Positions 8,547 through 12,302 of a stretch of DNA of 12,302 nt are shown here, piece after piece. Source of the stretch: a virus (taxonomy: Duplodnaviria > Heunggongvirae > Uroviricota > Caudoviricetes); the IMG/VR virus record IMGVR_UViG_2896607866_000011. One strand, written 5' to 3'. The position numbers and the translations under genes were made by a program. The notes beneath the pieces were generated by a model that saw only the letters and a program-made list of their open reading frames with translations, was not told the origin of the DNA and ran no database searches. Numbering within the stretch: position 1 is the stretch's first letter; every line of letters begins with the position of its first letter.

Positions 8547-9080
8547 ATGATGCACTTAAAAAACATTTCTGCTGGTAATCCTGAAACAAAAGAGCAATAC
8601 CAGCTAACGAAACAATTTAACATCAAATGGCTTTATACAGAGGATGGGAAAAACTGGTATGAGGAACAAAAGAACTTTCAGCCTGATACGTTGAAAATGG
8701 TCTATGACCACAACGGCGTTATTATTTGTATTGAAAAGGATGTTTCAGCAATTAATCCGGAAGGCGCAAGCGTCGTTGAGGTTCCTGATATTACAGCAAA
8801 TCGCCGGGCTGATATTTCAGGTAAATGGATGTTCAAAGATGGCATAGTGATAAAGCGAACTTATACCGGGGAAGAGCAGAGGCAACAAGTGGAAAATGAA
8901 AAGCAAAGCCTGTTGCAACTTGTCAGGGATAAAACCCAGCTATGGGACTCACAGCTACGGCTGGGCATCATTTCCGCCGGGAATAAGCAGAAATTAACCG
9001 AGTGGATGCTCTACGCGCAGAAGGTCGAATCCACAGACACCTCCAGTCTGCCAGTAACGTTTCCCGAACAACCAGAATGA
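8547..9080 (+). CDS. U: Tail fiber assembly protein U
   Basis: 177-aa [41 protein letters not shown]... matches Mu U; paralogous to U' on the opposite strand. Confidence 0.85.
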   Translation: MMHLKNISAGNPETKEQYQLTKQFNIKWLYTEDGKNWYEEQKNFQPDTLKMVYDHNGVIICIEKDVSAINPEGASVVEVPDITANRRADISGKWMFKDGIVIKRTYTGEEQRQQVENEKQSLLQLVRDKTQLWDSQLRLGIISAGNKQKLTEWMLYAQKVESTDTSSLPVTFPEQPE

Positions 9081-9083
9081 GAG

Positions 9084-9110
9084 AAGGCCCGCTATCGGGC
9101 CTTAATTTTT
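9084..9110. terminator. Bidirectional hairpin terminator shared by convergent U and U'
   Basis: AAGGCCCG-CTAT-CGGGCCTT stem-loop (9084..9103) followed by AATTTTT, between the stop codons of U (9080) and U' (9109). Confidence 0.5.
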
Positions 9111-9636
9111 ACTCTGGTTTTTGTGGCCATTCTGGCTTTGCCGTATCCACACGGCTGACCAGAACACTGTAGCGTTCCCATGACTCCAGTCGTGCGCGTT
9201 CCTCATCTGTTGCCATATTCAGCCTGACAGAGCGCTCCAGCGGCTGGATGACTGATTCAGCTTCGGAAAGCAATGCGGCTTTTTGTGATTCGGCCTGTTG
9301 CTGCTGTTCGTCTGCCGTATAAATCCGCTTAACCACAGCTCCGTCCTTAAACATCCACTTCCCGGAATCATCGGCACGACGATTTGCTGTTATATCGGGG
9401 ACCTCAACGACGCTAAAGCCTTCAGGATTAAGCGTGGAGGCATCTTTAGTGATGGCGACAATAATATTATTTTCATCGTAAACAATCTTTATTGTATCTG
9501 GCTGAAAGTTCTTCACTTCCCCATACCAGTTTTTTCCGTCTTCTGTCCACAACCAGATTACGTCAAAATTCTTTGTTAATTCGTACTGTTCCAGTGTTTT
9601 AGCGTTACCCGCTTTAATGTTCTTTAAGTGCATCAT
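9109..9636 (-). CDS. U': Tail fiber assembly protein U' (alternative host-range set)
   Basis: 175-aa minus-strand [41 protein letters not shown]..., paralog of U. Confidence 0.85.
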   Translation of the reverse strand: MMHLKNIKAGNAKTLEQYELTKNFDVIWLWTEDGKNWYGEVKNFQPDTIKIVYDENNIIVAITKDASTLNPEGFSVVEVPDITANRRADDSGKWMFKDGAVVKRIYTADEQQQQAESQKAALLSEAESVIQPLERSVRLNMATDEERARLESWERYSVLVSRVDTAKPEWPQKPE

Positions 9637-9637
9637 A

Positions 9638-10624
9638 TTAAACGCTCGCTACATTATACCAAGTGCCATTTATATACTTTTGAATCGGTCTGTAATAAAC
9701 ACCCGCAATATTATCGGCAGAGTTGGAACCTGTATCCTGAACATTAATACCAGACAATACATGACCTGAAGGGCACTGAAAATTCCATGTTTGCCAGTTG
9801 TTCACTCCATAATATTGCTGTGAACCAAGTCGAACATCTTTCACATATCTGGAATCAAAATTGCCATAGTTGCCGGGAATAACTTGCGAACCGCAAAGCC
9901 AGTTCCCGTTATTATCCATGTACGCCTGACCATCGGTGCCATTGGCTGTCCTTGAGTTATTAATCATGTAGATGCCAAATTGCCTATTCCCCAGCCCACC
10001 AATTACGAATTTACGGTCGGTATGGTCCTGGCGAAGCAATGCCTGCGCACCATCGTTGGATACCGCATTACGGCCCATAATAACGTTCTGGTCACGCATA
10101 TGAATCCACATGCCTGTACTGCTGTTAATTAAAAAACGGTTTGTAAATATATCTCCTGTAACAACCAGACCATGCCCCATGCTTATCCGGCCAGTTCTGA
10201 GATTAAGCGTAAAGGGGCGTAGTGGCCCTATATTACCATTTTCCCCTTCATTCTCTCGTGTAGGGATGATATGCAGGCATTCTTCAGAACGACGAAAAAT
10301 GGCACCAAAAGATGAATTAAATATTCTCAGTGCATTGACCGTCGATATTTTTACTTCACTGCTGAAAAGGGCTTTAACAAGAACATACAGAGCATCCCAT
10401 TTAAGATTCATCAGGTCTTTAACCCGGCCGCCAGTGAGGTGGTGTCTCCATTTGAAATACTCATTGCCGTTGTCGCCTGTTTCAAACCACATGTATGAAT
10501 CAGTATCGCTGTCGGCATCATTTTTAAATCCAATCTTTGCCCAGTCAGTATTCCGAATCCAGGCAAGGATTGAGTCGTTTTCAAAAGTAAGTCCACCGGA
10601 CAACGTATCGCCATTTTTTTGCAC
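9638..10624 (-). CDS. S': Tail fiber protein S' variable part (S'v); frame continues upstream to the gix site near 10662 and lacks an attached constant part in this orientation
   Basis: 328-aa minus-strand ORF ending ...[19 protein letters not shown]; position and orientation as Mu S'v; reading frame stays open past the first Met toward gin. Confidence 0.75.
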   Translation of the reverse strand: MQKNGDTLSGGLTFENDSILAWIRNTDWAKIGFKNDADSDTDSYMWFETGDNGNEYFKWRHHLTGGRVKDLMNLKWDALYVLVKALFSSEVKISTVNALRIFNSSFGAIFRRSEECLHIIPTRENEGENGNIGPLRPFTLNLRTGRISMGHGLVVTGDIFTNRFLINSSTGMWIHMRDQNVIMGRNAVSNDGAQALLRQDHTDRKFVIGGLGNRQFGIYMINNSRTANGTDGQAYMDNNGNWLCGSQVIPGNYGNFDSRYVKDVRLGSQQYYGVNNWQTWNFQCPSGHVLSGINVQDTGSNSADNIAGVYYRPIQKYINGTWYNVASV

Positions 10625-10639
10625 GGCGTTACCAGCCTT

Positions 10640-10673
10640 GTTTACCGTTTCCTGTAAACCGAGGGGCCGTTTC
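10640..10673. repeat. Right G-segment border with gix recombination half-site
   Basis: TTCCTGTAAACCGAGG (10649..10664) matches the gix/hix-family half-site; the second half-site looks degenerate. Confidence 0.4.
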
Positions 10674-10717
10674 TGGCCTGCATGGCATGATTTCCGCTTT
10701 TAAACGGGGAATTCAGC

Positions 10718-10915
10718 GTGCTGATTGGCTATGTAAGGGTATCAACAAATGACCAGAATACAGACCTGCAACGAAACGCTCTTGTTTGTGCAGGATGTGA
10801 ACAAATATTTGAAGATAAATTAAGCGGAACAAGGACAGACCGACCGGGATTAAAACGTGCTTTAAAGCGCCTTCAAAAAGGAACGCATATAGAAAACGAC
10901 GATCGAATCAATTAA
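10718..10915 (+). pseudogene. gin: gin G-segment invertase remnant: N-terminal about 55 aa fused in frame to the last about 9 aa (about 128 codons deleted)
   Basis: GTG-initiated ORF MLIGYVRVSTNDQNTDLQRNALVCAGCEQIFEDKLSGTRTDRPGLKRALKRLQKG matches the Gin N-terminus and then jumps to (A)HIENDDRIN, the Gin C-terminus; only 65 codons versus about 193. Confidence 0.85.
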
Positions 10916-11008
10916 ATCGATCTGTATTACCGATCGATTATGTCCCGATAACCACACCCGACTGATGAGATTTTTTAAGATAACGGCGAATTGATGCAAG
11001 GAGGTGAA
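10896..11008 (+). promoter_or_regulatory. mom operon control region: three clustered GATC (Dam) sites upstream of the com-mom promoter
   Basis: GATC at 10901..10904, 10919..10922 and 10932..10935 within 35 bp, immediately upstream of com; corresponds to the Dam/OxyR-controlled region of Mu Pmom. Confidence 0.65.
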
Positions 11009-11197
11009 ATGAAATCAATTCGCTGTAAGAACTGCAACAAACTGTTATTTAAAGCGGATTCCTTTGATCACATTGAAATCAGGTGTCCGCGTTGCAAACG
11101 TCACATCATAATGCTGAATGCCTGCGAGCATCCCACGGAGAAACATTGTGGGAAAAGAGAAGAAATCACGCATTCTGACGAAACCGTGCGTTATTGA
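11009..11197 (+). CDS. com: Com, zinc-finger translational activator of mom
   Basis: 62-aa [54 protein letters not shown]... (Cys4 motifs) matches Mu Com; AAGGAGGTG Shine-Dalgarno directly upstream of ATG 11009. Confidence 0.88.
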   Translation: MKSIRCKNCNKLLFKADSFDHIEIRCPRCKRHIIMLNACEHPTEKHCGKREEITHSDETVRY

Positions 11198-11843
11198 GTA
11201 TGAAGGCCAGATTGTTGGCTATGGTTCAAAGGAGCTGCGCGTTGAAACCATATCCTGCTGGCTGGCCCGCACAATCATTCAGACAAAGCACTATTCCCGC
11301 CGTTTTGTGAATAACTCTTACCTTCACCTGGGAGTATTCAGCGGGCGTGATCTGGTTGGCGTTCTCCAGTGGGGATATGCCCTTAACCCCAACTCAGGTC
11401 GTCGTGTCGTGCTTGAAACGGATAACCGGGGCTATATGGAGTTGAATCGCATGTGGCTACACGACGACATGCCCCGCAACTCTGAATCACGGGCCATCAG
11501 CTACGCGCTGAAAGTTATCAGATTACTGTATCCGTCAGTGGAGTGGGTTCAGTCCTTTGCTGACGAACGCTGCGGACTCGCAGGCGTTGTGTATCAGGCG
11601 TCGAATTTTGATTTTATTGGCAGCCATGAAAGCACGTTCTACGAGCTGGATGGTGAGTGGTATCACGAGATAACGATGAACGCGATTAAGCGCGGAGGGC
11701 AACGAGGCGAGTATTTGCGAGCTAATAAGGAGCGTGCCGTGGTGCACAAATTTAATCAGTATCGCTACATCAGATTCCTGAACAAGCGAGCAAGGAAGCG
11801 GCTAAATACCAAACTATTCAAGGTTCAGCCATACCCTAAGTGA
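11148..11843 (+). CDS. mom: Mom DNA-modification enzyme (adenine N6 modification, anti-restriction); start assigned to in-frame GTG 11148, and the ORF is open from ATG 11118
   Basis: ORF ...[41 protein letters not shown]...[10 protein letters not shown] matches Mu Mom; overlaps the 3' end of com as in Mu; GTG start gives 231 aa. Confidence 0.85.
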   Translation: MGKEKKSRILTKPCVIEYEGQIVGYGSKELRVETISCWLARTIIQTKHYSRRFVNNSYLHLGVFSGRDLVGVLQWGYALNPNSGRRVVLETDNRGYMELNRMWLHDDMPRNSESRAISYALKVIRLLYPSVEWVQSFADERCGLAGVVYQASNFDFIGSHESTFYELDGEWYHEITMNAIKRGGQRGEYLRANKERAVVHKFNQYRYIRFLNKRARKRLNTKLFKVQPYPK

Positions 11844-11958
11844 TCCCCATGTAATGAATAAAAAGCGGTAATTAATACAGCTGTTTCATTTGAAGCGCGA
11901 AAGCTAAAGTTTTCGCATTTATCGTGAAACGCTTTCGCGTTTTTCGTGCGCCGCTTCA
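11844..11958 (+). promoter_or_regulatory. Mu attR: right-end transposase binding sites R1-R3 and terminal CA
   Basis: Sequence ...GAAGCGCGAAAGCTAAAGTTTTCGCATTTATCGTGAAACGCTTTCGCGTTTTTCGTGCGCCGCTTCA matches the Mu right end with repeated CGAAA(A/G)C MuA-site cores. Confidence 0.8.
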
Positions 11959-12302
11959 CCCAGCCGTTCATAGGCAATTGGCTTAATGAGATAATCAAAT
12001 ACACCACAACGTACGGCTTCAGACACCGTTTCCATATCACTGGCTGCAGTGGTAAACACCACGTCGCCGGGATAATGCGCCTGCACCAGTTCATGCAGTA
12101 AATTAATCCCTCTACCGTCAGGAAGATAGTTATCGAGCAAGATTAGCCCCGGCTTAAAACGCTCGATCATCATTCGGGCCTGCGCCAGGTTTCCCGCCAG
12201 TAATATCTGACTGAATCCGGGAATGTGACGAATATATTCCGCATGCATCTCTGCCAGCGGCGTTTCGTCCTCAACGATCAATAGGGTTAATGGAGCTGTC
12301 AT
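11959..12302 (-). pseudogene. dpiA: dpiA (citB) 5' fragment, codons 1-114 (receiver domain); ORF continues 13 codons into the Mu right end before a stop at 11919
   Basis: Minus-strand translation MTAPLTLLIVEDETPLAEMHAEYIRHIPGF...DYLIKPIAYERLG matches the DpiA N-terminus, then reads EAAHEKRESVSR* from prophage sequence; ATG is at 12300..12302, the window edge. Confidence 0.9.

Larger units (their letters stand above)
7828..10668. other. Remnant of the Mu invertible G segment (Sv-U on + strand, U'-S'v on - strand), fixed in one orientation; left inversion site missing
   Basis: Convergent paralogous gene pairs (Sv/U and S'v/U') meeting at a shared hairpin; gix-like half-site TTCCTGTAAACCGAGG at 10649..10664 next to gin; no matching site found at the left boundary. 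Confidence 0.7.
2917..11958 (+). mobile_element. Defective Mu/D108-family transposable prophage (9,042 bp) with Mu-type left and right ends; internally deleted and IS-invaded
   Basis: Starts TGTATTGATTCACTTGAAGTACGAAAAAA (Mu left end) and ends ...CGCGTTTTTCGTGCGCCGCTTCA (Mu right end); 5-bp direct repeat CCCAG at 2912..2916 and 11959..11963; gene order c, ner, A ... S, U, U', S', gin, com, mom as in Mu. Confidence 0.92.

Noticed and set aside
10110-10703. 197-aa plus-strand ORF
   Set aside because: Lies entirely antisense to the S'v tail-fiber gene, has odd composition and no recognisable domain; most likely a spurious antisense frame.
2917-11958. Possibility that the element is an engineered mini-Mu / Mud laboratory construct
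   Set aside because: No reporter (lac), antibiotic-resistance or plasmid-replicon cargo is present; the content (IS1, an IS3-family IS, an internally deleted gin, a truncated A) looks like natural decay rather than a designed construct. A strain-specific laboratory history cannot be excluded from sequence alone.
1-12302. CRISPR arrays, tRNA/rRNA genes, toxin-antitoxin or other defence islands
   Set aside because: No regularly spaced direct repeats, no tRNA-like cloverleaf candidates and no unexplained gene-sized ORFs were seen; every sizeable ORF is accounted for by the host genes, the prophage or the two IS elements.

Overview
This window is an Escherichia/Shigella chromosomal locus (pagP, dcuC, dpiA) in which the response-regulator gene dpiA (citB) is split by a 9,042-bp decayed prophage of the Mu/D108 transposable-phage family (2917..11958), flanked by a 5-bp direct repeat CCCAG. 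All calls rest on reading the sequence and on recalled protein and end sequences; no database search was run. The prophage keeps Mu-type ends, a leftward repressor (c), ner, a 3'-truncated transposase A, a partial G segment (Sv-U / U'-S'v), an internally deleted gin, and an apparently intact com-mom module. It has been reshaped by an IS1 insertion (with 9-bp duplication) and by an IS600-like IS3-family element that abuts a large internal deletion. I did not find a convincingly novel system: every gene maps onto a known family. The points most worth a second look are the non-prototype immunity region (c, ner, A N-terminus), the retained mom DNA-modification module without its activator, and the disrupted DpiBA two-component regulator.
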